A stretch of DNA of 37,438 bases from Candidatus Uhrbacteria bacterium (GTDB taxonomy: Bacteria > Patescibacteriota > Patescibacteriia > UBA9934). Each line of letters begins with the position of its first letter. Within the stretch, counting starts at the first letter, position 1. Positions 26,151 through 34,524 of this stretch are shown piece after piece. The notes beneath the pieces are model-generated. The model saw only the letters and a list, made by a program, of their open reading frames with translations. It ran no database searches and was not told the DNA's origin. The translations under genes and the position numbers were made by a program. The stretch is taken from positions 1-37,438 of the forward strand of contig CAWGHH010000005.1 of NCBI GenBank assembly GCA_963822405.1, given 5' to 3'.

Positions 26151-26196
26151 CACCGTCACCTCCCGTACGCCTAGCGCTGCGGGAGGGTTTTGTTTA
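26151..26196 (+). terminator. terminator hairpin, copy 2 of the 45-nt direct repeat
   Basis: CACCGTCACCTCCCGTACGCCTAGCGCTGCGGGAGGGTTTTGTTTA differs from copy 1 at only a few positions. Confidence 0.75.
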
Positions 26197-27118
26197 TGCA
26201 ACTTTTCGAACATCTCTAAACGAACGCCACACAAAATATGCGATTATCAAAGTAGTGATAGTTGGGCTCACCCATTCTGGAACGTCAACGCCGAATGCCT
26301 GGGCGAGCATGACGATCCCAAGCGCGAGGACAGAATACATGGCACCATTTTTCAAAAGTGCATATTTCTTGATTCGGTCGATGTTCGACACGGTGATCCA
26401 ACGAACGACTATTGCGCCGAGTCCGTTGCCAAGGAGAATAAGTGGAACAGCGAGAGTAAAAGCAAAAGCTCCGAGTACGCCATCAATTGAAAACGTCATG
26501 TCGATAATTTCCAGATACAAAATTTTGCTCAAATCGGACATGCCATTATTACCGTGAACGAGCTGTTGCTCAGCCGACTCCGCGTTCTGCTTGAAACCGT
26601 GGGTGATGAAGAAAGCCGTTCGAGCCGACTACTGCACCAAACGCGAGCATGGGACTTTCTTTCATGGCGAACCAAACGATCGTCGTCAACAAGATCGAAA
26701 CGACGGCGTAGAACCAAACACCTTGTCGCAAAACAAATTTCTCACCGGGAAGACCGAATGTTTTCGGTTCGAGGAAAAGCCAGTGGAGAAAAAGGAACAA
26801 CAGGAACACTCCACCACCCATAAGCAAAATTGGCGAGGACGATTCGATCGCCGCTAAGACACTCGGATCATTGCTGAACGTCGCAGTTAGCGAACCAAGC
26901 AGACCTAGTGATGGCGTCGCCGCCCAAACGATGAGCCACGGTAGGGTTCCTCGAACAATAAAGACCGCAAATAAGATTCCCCAAAACAAAAACCATTTCT
27001 TAGCCTTTGCACTCATGCCACTCAACACCTCGGCGTTAATAATGGCGTTGTCGATGCTTGAAATAACCTCGAACAGAGCTAAACCGATAACGGTGAATAA
27101 GACAGAGAAAGTGAACAT
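26194..27118 (-). pseudogene. DUF475/TerC-like integral membrane protein, interrupted by a 1-nt frameshift near 26620
   Basis: The N-terminal ORF has EVISSIDNAI and ends ...GAVVGSNGFLHH... In the +1 frame the text reads TAFFITHGFKQNAESAEQQLVHGNNG and runs straight into MSDLSKILYLEIIDMTFSIDGVLGAFA of the second ORF. Confidence 0.7.
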
Positions 27119-27121
27119 AGA

Positions 27122-28237
27122 TTACGCAATGATACCCGATCCAAGCAATTCCTCGCCATCATAAAAGGCGACGAATTGACCGGGAGCGACGGCGCGCTGG
27201 GGAGCGTCGAAGGTCACCTCCACCCTCCTTGCCCTCCCCCCGACCCCCTCCACTTCGTGGAGGGGGAGGAGCGCGCATCCTGATACAGGCTGGCGGTAGC
27301 GAACGCGAGCCTGAATCTTTTTGCCGTAATAGTTTTTGAGATTGCCGGGGATGGTTTCAGAGATGTCGGTTGCGGTCAGTTCGGTGCGATACAAGGCAGG
27401 ATCCTCGTCGCCAACGGCAACAATGACCTCATTCGTTTCTGGTCGGCGTTCGACGACATACAAAGGAGTGCCGCCGCCGATTCCCAACCCTTCGCGTTGG
27501 CCGATAGTATAAAATTCAAAACCCTGATGCTGACCGATAATTTTACCGTCGGTCGTAACAATATTACCGGTGTGTGGCGTAATACGCTCGGCAAGGAAGT
27601 CCTTCATCGTCACTTGTCCGATAAAACAAATCCCCTGACTGTCTTTTTTATTGGCCACCGACAAACCAGCCTTCTCGGCAATCTTTCGGACCTCTGGTTT
27701 TTCGAGATGGCCGATTGGGAACAATGATCGAGCGATTTGCTCCTGTGTCAGCTGGCACAAAAAATAACTTTGGTCTTTATTCGCATCGACGCCAGCGAGC
27801 AAATGAGCAACGCCTTTCTCATCGACAATCTTCCGCGCATAATGTCCGGTTGCAATAAAATCACAGCCAAGTTTATCGGCCTCGCGCATAAACAAATCAA
27901 ACTTCATGTACTTGTTACAAAGTACGTCCGGGTTTGGCGTTCGGCCAGCTTTGTACTCGGTGATCATGTACTCGTAAACCAATTTACGGTACTCGTCCTC
28001 AAAATCGAATGTGAGGAACTCGATGCCCAACTGGGAGGCGACGCGCATCGCATCTCTTCGCTCATCTCGCCAATCGCATTCCTCGGTCCCCGCCCCCGCC
28101 GACCAATTCTTCATGAATCCCCCAATAACCTCATATCCCTGTTCCAATAGCAAAACGGCCGACACGGAACTGTCGACACCACCGCTCATGCCAAGTAATA
28201 CCTTGCCTTTGGCCATAGAATTTGCCATTTGTATCAT
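27122..28237 (-). CDS. mnmA: tRNA 2-thiouridine(34) synthase MnmA
   Basis: PP-loop GMSGGVDSS, plus TGHYAR and RYRQ motifs. Alternative in-frame ATGs lie at 28228 and 28216. Confidence 0.95.
   Translation of the reverse strand: MIQMANSMAKGKVLLGMSGGVDSSVSAVLLLEQGYEVIGGFMKNWSAGAGTEECDWRDERRDAMRVASQLGIEFLTFDFEDEYRKLVYEYMITEYKAGRTPNPDVLCNKYMKFDLFMREADKLGCDFIATGHYARKIVDEKGVAHLLAGVDANKDQSYFLCQLTQEQIARSLFPIGHLEKPEVRKIAEKAGLSVANKKDSQGICFIGQVTMKDFLAERITPHTGNIVTTDGKIIGQHQGFEFYTIGQREGLGIGGGTPLYVVERRPETNEVIVAVGDEDPALYRTELTATDISETIPGNLKNYYGKKIQARVRYRQPVSGCALLPLHEVEGVGGRARRVEVTFDAPQRAVAPGQFVAFYDGEELLGSGIIA
27219..27272. repeat. G/C-rich palindromic element inserted in frame in mnmA
   Basis: TCCACCCTCCTTGCCCTCCCCCCGA-CCCCCTCCAC-TTC-GTGGAGGGGG-AGGAGC. 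The 10-bp stems are 27244-27253 and 27257-27266. It is near-identical to 14734-14784. Confidence 0.85.
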
Positions 28238-28276
28238 TTTTTGCTAATTTTCGCAATGTTCACCTAGGAGGACACC

Positions 28277-28639
28277 GTGAATACTGCACTCATGACACCT
28301 GGAATAGCCACGCTCGTCGAGGGGTTCATAGCTGCCAATCACGAAACAATGGGATCAGAGGCAAGAGATGATCTCGATGAACTGATTGGAGAGCTTTACG
28401 TCATTTTCGCTGAAGATCCATGGGGAAACAAGGTTCGACGCTCCGGGCATATCGGAGAACCGGCCTTGTTCGAAAAGGCTAACGGCGAGTGTTGGCTCGA
28501 ACTTTCCGTGGAAACGAAGCGGCTCTCAACGTTCGATCTGCACCATCTTCGCTGGGACGTGAAGAAGGGCTGGACGGCGCATCACGACAACACAGGTGGA
28601 GTGATTCCGCTCGAATCACTCATTATCGCCTTCGTATGA
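28277..28639 (+). CDS. hypothetical protein (120 aa), GC-rich, SD-preceded, GTG start
   Basis: AGGAGG (28266-28271) lies 5 nt before GTG 28277. The gene has its own terminator. I recognise no motif. Confidence 0.55.
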   Translation: MNTALMTPGIATLVEGFIAANHETMGSEARDDLDELIGELYVIFAEDPWGNKVRRSGHIGEPALFEKANGECWLELSVETKRLSTFDLHHLRWDVKKGWTAHHDNTGGVIPLESLIIAFV

Positions 28640-28654
28640 AGGTTGCTCGGTGCT

Positions 28655-28684
28655 ACCGACTCCTTCACGGGGGTCGGTTTTCTT
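28655..28684 (+). terminator. rho-independent terminator
   Basis: ACCGACTCC-TTCAC-GGGGGTCGGT followed by TTTTC. Confidence 0.6.
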
Positions 28685-28701
28685 ATTGCAACTATGTTGC
28701 G

Positions 28702-29379
28702 TTAAGAAAGAAGGGAGTTGAAAATGGGAAGAGTGGGCTCTGCCGTCGCCGTAATTCGTTCTTTCGTAGTTGAACCGTCGAAGGCAAAAGCTCGAGCGAA
28801 GAGGGCAATGTCGTGATCGAGTTTTATTTTTGCGCCGTACTTCACGTCACCAATAATTGGCGTTCCTAGTGATGCCATGGCAACGCGGATCTGATGCGGT
28901 CGGCCAGTTTTGGGATGGATTTCGACGAGAGTAAGGTGGCCGACATTGGAGTCGGCCCTTACTCCCAAGACCTTATAAGTCAGCTCAGCTTTCAGTGATC
29001 CGGCGACTTCATGATCATATGGCGTGACGACGTTCTTTCCTTCGTCTTTTACGAGCCACTGGATCACCTCGCCGGCTTGTCGTTTAGGCGTGCCCTCGAC
29101 CACTGCCCAATAAGTTTTTTCGACAGTGTGATTTCTGATCTGTTCGGAGATTCTGCTCGCACCCTTACTCGTCTTCGCGAATAGCACAACGCCGCCGACT
29201 GGTCTATCAAGCCGGTGAAGCAAACCAATAAAAACATTTCCAGGTTTATTATCCCGTTCTTTGATGAACTTTTTTACCTCGTCCATGAGGCACACATCGC
29301 CCGTATTATCCCCCTGCGTCAGCATTCCGTGAGGCTTGTTTACGGCAATGACGTGGTTGTCTTCGTAGAGTACGATCAC
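28702..29379 (-). CDS. RluA-family pseudouridine synthase
   Basis: HRLDRPVGGVVLFAKT, HQIRVAM and VNKPHGML motifs. I prefer the GTG start at 29379, right after the upstream stop (reads IVLYEDNHVIAV). The track ORF extends to 29529 but would overlap the upstream gene by 149 nt. Confidence 0.82.
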   Translation of the reverse strand: MIVLYEDNHVIAVNKPHGMLTQGDNTGDVCLMDEVKKFIKERDNKPGNVFIGLLHRLDRPVGGVVLFAKTSKGASRISEQIRNHTVEKTYWAVVEGTPKRQAGEVIQWLVKDEGKNVVTPYDHEVAGSLKAELTYKVLGVRADSNVGHLTLVEIHPKTGRPHQIRVAMASLGTPIIGDVKYGAKIKLDHDIALFARAFAFDGSTTKERITATAEPTLPIFNSLLS

Positions 29380-29380
29380 A

Positions 29381-30235
29381 TTACCAAGTAGCTCGGACAA
29401 CAACGCCGGTTGGTAATTCAAAACCTCTTTCGCTTTGCTCTTTGAGCGTGAGTTCGACGCTCTCAATGTTCTTAGCAAATGGAACTGTCGACCGAACGAG
29501 ATTCTCGATCGCGAGCGCAGGATAACCAAGCGAATACGCGTTCACGAGCAACATTCCTTTTTCTTTATTCAAAATTTGTGTGCAAGCCTCAACAAGTTCT
29601 GGCAAATTATTTTCGAACTGCCACACCTCCCCTTCAGGTCCCCTACCAAACGCCGGCGGATCCATGAGAATAGCGTCATATACATTGCCTCGGCGAATTT
29701 CTCGCGCCACAAAAGCCATAGCGTCGTCCACGATCAATCTCACTTTCTTATCACCGAGTCCCGACGCTTCGAGATTCTCCTTTGTCCAAGTGACAACCGG
29801 CTTGCTCGCGTCCATGTGAGTCACCTCAGCATCTCTCGACGCCGCCGCGACAGAAGCGCCACCCGTATAACCAAATAAGTTCAAAACTTTCATCCCAGGC
29901 TTCACGTACTCACGCAAAAATTTCCAGTTACTAGCCTGCTCAGGAAATAAACCAGTGTGCTTGAAGTTTGTTGGTCGAACAATAAAAGTGAGGTCCTCCC
30001 ACTTCACTTCCCACGATTCCGGAACTTCACTATTCACCTGCCACTCCCCTTCTTTGCCTCTTCGCGAGTAAACCAAATGAGCCGCATCCCAGTGCTTGGT
30101 CGAGTCTGCCTTCCGCCACAACGCCTGCGGTTCCGGTCGAACCATCAGCACGCCACCAAAAAGCTCGCACTTTTCTCCGTCGCCGGAATCAAGTAGAGCG
30201 TAGTCTTTCCAAACTGCAGATTCTCGGTTCAGCAT
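29381..30235 (-). CDS. class I SAM-dependent methyltransferase (RlmI/COG1092-like, no PUA domain seen)
   Basis: VLNLFGYTGGASVAAA (SAM motif I) and ILMDPPAFGRGP (motif IV-like). Confidence 0.8.
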   Translation of the reverse strand: MLNRESAVWKDYALLDSGDGEKCELFGGVLMVRPEPQALWRKADSTKHWDAAHLVYSRRGKEGEWQVNSEVPESWEVKWEDLTFIVRPTNFKHTGLFPEQASNWKFLREYVKPGMKVLNLFGYTGGASVAAASRDAEVTHMDASKPVVTWTKENLEASGLGDKKVRLIVDDAMAFVAREIRRGNVYDAILMDPPAFGRGPEGEVWQFENNLPELVEACTQILNKEKGMLLVNAYSLGYPALAIENLVRSTVPFAKNIESVELTLKEQSERGFELPTGVVVRATW

Positions 30236-30236
30236 A

Positions 30237-31031
30237 TTATCGGAGAGCGATAATCAATAAAATCACCCCGAACACTACCCGATAAATAGCGAATGGAGCA
30301 AATGACCACTTTTTAATGAGGAGAAGCAGGAAACGAATAGATAATATGCCTCCAATAAAAGCCGCGATAAAACCAGCCACAAGAGAGGCAACGGGCACGT
30401 CTAAGCCTTTTTCAAGTACATGGATAAGTGTCACAGCGCCAGCTCCAGCAATGGCTGGAATAGCCAAGAAAAAAGAAAACTTAGCTGCTGTTTCTTTAGA
30501 AAATCCCGCAAACAAACCGGCGCTCATGGTCACACCGGATCTAGACGTGCCAGGAATAAAAGCGAGCACCTGCATAAGACCAACAAACATAGCGGACGAC
30601 CAAGACATTTCATTTGAGTGTCCAACATGTTTCGCGAGACTCTCACCGTACTTCTCCGCGATGAACAAAATTACCCCCCACACAATAAGTGAAATGCCAA
30701 CGACAGTCATCGTTCTGAACGATTCCAGCTGATCAGAAAACAAGCCGCCAATAACAACAGCCGGAATAGTGGCGAGAGCAATCTTCCAAAACAAATTCGT
30801 CATTTTTTTCTCTCGCTTAATGATGCCTTTTCCAATCTCCAGAATGTCAGCTCGCAAAGCAACAAGAATAGCGAGTAAAGTCGCAAGATGAATCGTTACG
30901 TCGAATGTTACGCTCGACACATCCCAATGTAAGAGTTCGGGGAAAACAATCAAATGTCCAGAACTCGACACCGGCAAAAACTCCGTTAGGCCTTGAACCA
31001 GCCCAAGAATGATGGCGTGAAAAATTGGCAT
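30237..31031 (-). CDS. uppP: undecaprenyl-diphosphate phosphatase
   Basis: 264 aa, polytopic, with LTEFLPVSSSGHL and PGTSRSG motifs. Confidence 0.95.
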   Translation of the reverse strand: MPIFHAIILGLVQGLTEFLPVSSSGHLIVFPELLHWDVSSVTFDVTIHLATLLAILVALRADILEIGKGIIKREKKMTNLFWKIALATIPAVVIGGLFSDQLESFRTMTVVGISLIVWGVILFIAEKYGESLAKHVGHSNEMSWSSAMFVGLMQVLAFIPGTSRSGVTMSAGLFAGFSKETAAKFSFFLAIPAIAGAGAVTLIHVLEKGLDVPVASLVAGFIAAFIGGILSIRFLLLLIKKWSFAPFAIYRVVFGVILLIIALR

Positions 31032-31034
31032 AGA

Positions 31035-32915
31035 TTATTCCCCGAACGAAATTCGTTCACCGGGCAAAACAGCCTTAGGCAATAAATTAGGAGAAATAGA
31101 TGGTGGAGTCGGGTGCGGAGTAGACATCGGATAAATAACTGGCGCACCTGGACCAGCAACTGACGGCTTCTTCTTTCTTCGTCGACGTTTCTTTTGAGCG
31201 TCTGATTCAGTTGCTCCCATGGGGCTAGCAACTGCAGGTCTCGGCGATTCAGCAACTACTGGCCGAGTAATTATTGGTGCAGGTTTTAGTGATTCGAGTG
31301 ATGCCGAAGGAACAACGATGATCGGTTTTTCGATGACTACACCATCAGCAATTTTTGGTGCAGGAAGTGAGGCGGCTGGAACTGGAGAGTCATACCGTTT
31401 ACCGCCGCGATCTTTGGATTTCTGACGTTCAGCGTCAATGATTGGCTTACATTCTTCGCAATAAATCGGTCGCGCTTTATCAAGCTCGATTGGCAACGTA
31501 AAACTCTTGCTACACCGCGTGCAAGTGTACTCAAAACTAAACCGTGCTTTTTTTGCGTCTTTCTTAGCTTTAGATACCTCGGCCATTTTTTCTTCAATGT
31601 TCACGTCAGGACCAAAACCACTCCAAACCGAAACTCTCTCTTCAATCGCCTCCCTGTTACCCGCATACCGCTCACGAGATTGCTCGACAATTTTCTGCGA
31701 GCTGTCCGTTTTCTGACTAATTGACGGCAAAGTAAAGGCTGAAAAAGGCTGACTAGAAACTCCATCAATCATGAGTTTCAAATAGATGCCGTACTTTGGC
31801 AGATTGATCAGGTCATCCGGCAAGAACCGAGGCATAAACTCATTCTCCATGAAAATAGCGTCCGGTGAACCTACGCGGAACGTAATAATTGTCCCAACGT
31901 TACCAAAAACTGCGTCACGCACGGCGGTGCTATTCGCATTATCAAGCTGAGCAATGTACTGGTGCGCCATGATCAAGTTAAGACGATATTTTCTGGCTTC
32001 AGACAGGATGCTTGCAAAAGAATCAACCGCAAAGTTCTGGAATTCATCAACGTACAAATAAAAATCAACGCGATCCTTCTCAGGAATATCTACGCGTTCC
32101 ATGGCCGCAATCTGAATTTTAGTAATCAACATGCCTCCGAGCAAACGCATAGCGTCCTCCCCAACTCGACCCTTAGATAGGTTAATAACAAAAATCTTCT
32201 GCTGGTCCATCATCTCCCGAATGTTAATGGAAGACTTAGCCTGGGCCACAATATTTCTCATGACCGAACTCGACAAAAACTGACCGACTTTATTTTGAAT
32301 AGGTGCTACAGCTTCTGAAGCAAACTTTGCGTCATAGGCCGCAAACTCCTGAACCCAAAATTGTTTAACGATTGGATCCTGAATGTTCTTCACGATTTCT
32401 AGTCTGTAGTCTTTATCTGACAACATGCGGTTTACACCAAGCAACGTGGTTCCCGGGGTATCAAGCAACGCCAAGATAGTATTGTTCAAAATGTACTCCA
32501 TGCGAGCGCTCCAAACGTTCTCCCAAATCTTCTTGAAGATAGACATGAGGGCAGCGGCCACCAAGTTCTTCATCTTTGGATCAGTTGCCTCAAGAATGTT
32601 GAAGCCTATTGGGTGCTCAACATCAGACGGATTAAAATACACTACATCGTTAATGCGCCAAGACGGAATGTAATCAATGATCTTCTCCGCGGTATCACCG
32701 TGCGGGTCTACATAGCAACAACCATGCCCAGCGTAAATATCAGCCAGAATCATGTTTTCGAGCAAAGTTGTTTTGCCCATACCTGTCTTCCCAATCACGT
32801 ACATGTGGCGCCGACGATCATCTGTCTTAATGCCAAATTTCCGCATCGCATTGCGGAAATTTGTTTGTCCAAAGTAGATAATGTCAGATTCGTGATCGTG
32901 TTCGTACCGCATCAT
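31035..32915 (-). CDS. VirD4/TraD-like (type IV coupling protein family) P-loop ATPase with C-terminal zinc ribbon; no TM anchor
   Basis: Walker A GKTGMGKT, Walker B-like FYLYVDEFQNF and a TraG/TraD C-terminal-like segment RKYRLNLIMAHQYIAQL. A CxxC-N17-CxxC motif (CTRCSKSF...YCEECKP) is followed by a Pro/Ala/basic low-complexity tail. Confidence 0.82.
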   Translation of the reverse strand: MMRYEHDHESDIIYFGQTNFRNAMRKFGIKTDDRRRHMYVIGKTGMGKTTLLENMILADIYAGHGCCYVDPHGDTAEKIIDYIPSWRINDVVYFNPSDVEHPIGFNILEATDPKMKNLVAAALMSIFKKIWENVWSARMEYILNNTILALLDTPGTTLLGVNRMLSDKDYRLEIVKNIQDPIVKQFWVQEFAAYDAKFASEAVAPIQNKVGQFLSSSVMRNIVAQAKSSINIREMMDQQKIFVINLSKGRVGEDAMRLLGGMLITKIQIAAMERVDIPEKDRVDFYLYVDEFQNFAVDSFASILSEARKYRLNLIMAHQYIAQLDNANSTAVRDAVFGNVGTIITFRVGSPDAIFMENEFMPRFLPDDLINLPKYGIYLKLMIDGVSSQPFSAFTLPSISQKTDSSQKIVEQSRERYAGNREAIEERVSVWSGFGPDVNIEEKMAEVSKAKKDAKKARFSFEYTCTRCSKSFTLPIELDKARPIYCEECKPIIDAERQKSKDRGGKRYDSPVPAASLPAPKIADGVVIEKPIIVVPSASLESLKPAPIITRPVVAESPRPAVASPMGATESDAQKKRRRRKKKPSVAGPGAPVIYPMSTPHPTPPSISPNLLPKAVLPGERISFGE

Positions 32916-33035
32916 ATAGGCTAGATCGGCAAGTTAGCAGGAGGCTCATCAGAAACCGGAAAAGTCTCATGATGCTCTGACGGAGATTGAGGCGTAGGCA
33001 GAGAAAAATCCTTTGACCGCTCCTCTTCAACAGCC

Positions 33036-34430
33036 TCAGATTCCTTTCGGACCATGGGTCTTTTTCCAATCAACCATGTCATTATCCCCAAGTGGTGCCA
33101 TTGGCAATCCACCCGGCGCCTCAGCTCTACGCGAACCAAGAGAAGTCAGAGCCGGAGTACGTGCGTCAGCTGCTGGGAAGTGCCATAGCGTAGCCAACTC
33201 CTCAGAGTTAAGCATGTAAAGTGTTGCTCCAGCTCCTAATGCCCGTTTGGCATAACGTTTAGACAGTTTAGTTTGCTTACCAGCATACTGCCATTCCATC
33301 CAGAAGTAATCGTCCTTTGGAATTGATGCATTATGCATCCCAAACTGGTTCAAAACAGAACTTGCATAAGGGATCATCATGCCCTTCATACCAGCTGCCA
33401 TCATGCCTTTTCTAAACGTAGTCTTCTTGGCAGAATACATCACCCGAATCTTTGACTGCCAACCAATTTTAGAAATCTTGTCCGTCACTCCCTCAATCTG
33501 GGTCTTTTCTCCTGGAGTAATTTTAAACATTCTAAAATCATCTTTTGCATGCTTTTCGGCTCCAGCTCCCGAACCAGCACCAAATAATTGCTTAGCGGCT
33601 TCAAGCGGCATCCCTGAAACCATATCGCCAAACTCCTGCATCATGGTTTTCTTATGCTTCTTCTCATTTCCCATGGTCTTAGAAACAAACTCCAGTCCCT
33701 CTTTTGTCCAGTCCTGGTTATCCGGCATGCGAAGAAGGATTTGAATCCAAAAGTTTTCTCCAGCTCGCATTTTGCCCATGAGTTCAAGAATTGAAAACAT
33801 TGGGTCCTTAAATCTACCCTCTTTTTCCCCCTGGTGCTCGAACGACTCGTAAGTACGAATCGGGAAATATTGTGGCCTACTGAGCACAAACTCAGCCCCG
33901 AATGTTTCCCACTGCTCATCAGGATACTTGTGCGGAATGTTATTCACGTAATCCTCCACCAAAGTAATCTGTGCTTCCGGGTACTGCGCGTATAAGTCAG
34001 CCTCGACTAAATCTTGAACTTTCTCAGTGCAACGAATGTAAAAATGAATACTGCCCTCATGGCTAGCAATCTCAAAAGAAAATACAGCTTGCTCTTTTCC
34101 CTGTAACCAATGTTCCTTCCAAGTAATTGAACTTCTTGTTCCAGCTAAGTTAGCAAAAAAGTTATCCATGCCCATTGGAGTCTGAATAACATTCTGCGGA
34201 ACTTTTACTTCAAGAAGTACAAATTTTTGATGATGATCGTACTGCTCCTGTTTGTAATCAACCCAGACATGGGTCATGCCCCACACAATAACCCCGAAAA
34301 CCGGGATCCAACCAAACACTAGTAGGGCCTGAGCGGCCATGACTTCCGGCGGCGTCACAGAAAGATATCCCGTAACCGCGGGCGGAAGATTGAGGATTAT
34401 TCCGAGCATAATATGCACATAGGATAGCAC
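33036..34430 (-). CDS. membrane protein partner of the ATPase (N-terminal TM helices plus large soluble domain)
   Basis: The hydrophobic N terminus (AAQALLVFGWIPVFGVIVWGMTHVWV) is followed by a ~400-aa domain ending in SEELATLWHFP. The start is either the track's GTG 34430 or ATG 34409. The gene is tightly linked to the ATPase gene. Confidence 0.72.
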   Translation of the reverse strand: MLSYVHIMLGIILNLPPAVTGYLSVTPPEVMAAQALLVFGWIPVFGVIVWGMTHVWVDYKQEQYDHHQKFVLLEVKVPQNVIQTPMGMDNFFANLAGTRSSITWKEHWLQGKEQAVFSFEIASHEGSIHFYIRCTEKVQDLVEADLYAQYPEAQITLVEDYVNNIPHKYPDEQWETFGAEFVLSRPQYFPIRTYESFEHQGEKEGRFKDPMFSILELMGKMRAGENFWIQILLRMPDNQDWTKEGLEFVSKTMGNEKKHKKTMMQEFGDMVSGMPLEAAKQLFGAGSGAGAEKHAKDDFRMFKITPGEKTQIEGVTDKISKIGWQSKIRVMYSAKKTTFRKGMMAAGMKGMMIPYASSVLNQFGMHNASIPKDDYFWMEWQYAGKQTKLSKRYAKRALGAGATLYMLNSEELATLWHFPAADARTPALTSLGSRRAEAPGGLPMAPLGDNDMVDWKKTHGPKGI

Positions 34431-34469
34431 AAAAACAAAACACCGAGAACCACTATTGATTCTCGGTGT
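34431..34469 (-). terminator. rho-independent terminator after secDF
   Basis: The minus strand reads ACACCGAGAA-N10-TTCTCGGTGT followed by TTTGTTTTTGT. Confidence 0.75.
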
Positions 34470-34524
34470 TAGTGTACGGATTTGGCGTTGCCCTCGGGCG
34501 TAGCCCTACGGGCGAGCCAAATCC

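Noticed and set aside
32884-33069. 61-aa ORF in the third frame of the membrane-protein/ATPase junction
   Set aside because: Its translation is Arg/Leu-rich and does not look like coding sequence. It also overlaps the ATPase start. The -1 frame acidic tail is the only alternative worth following.
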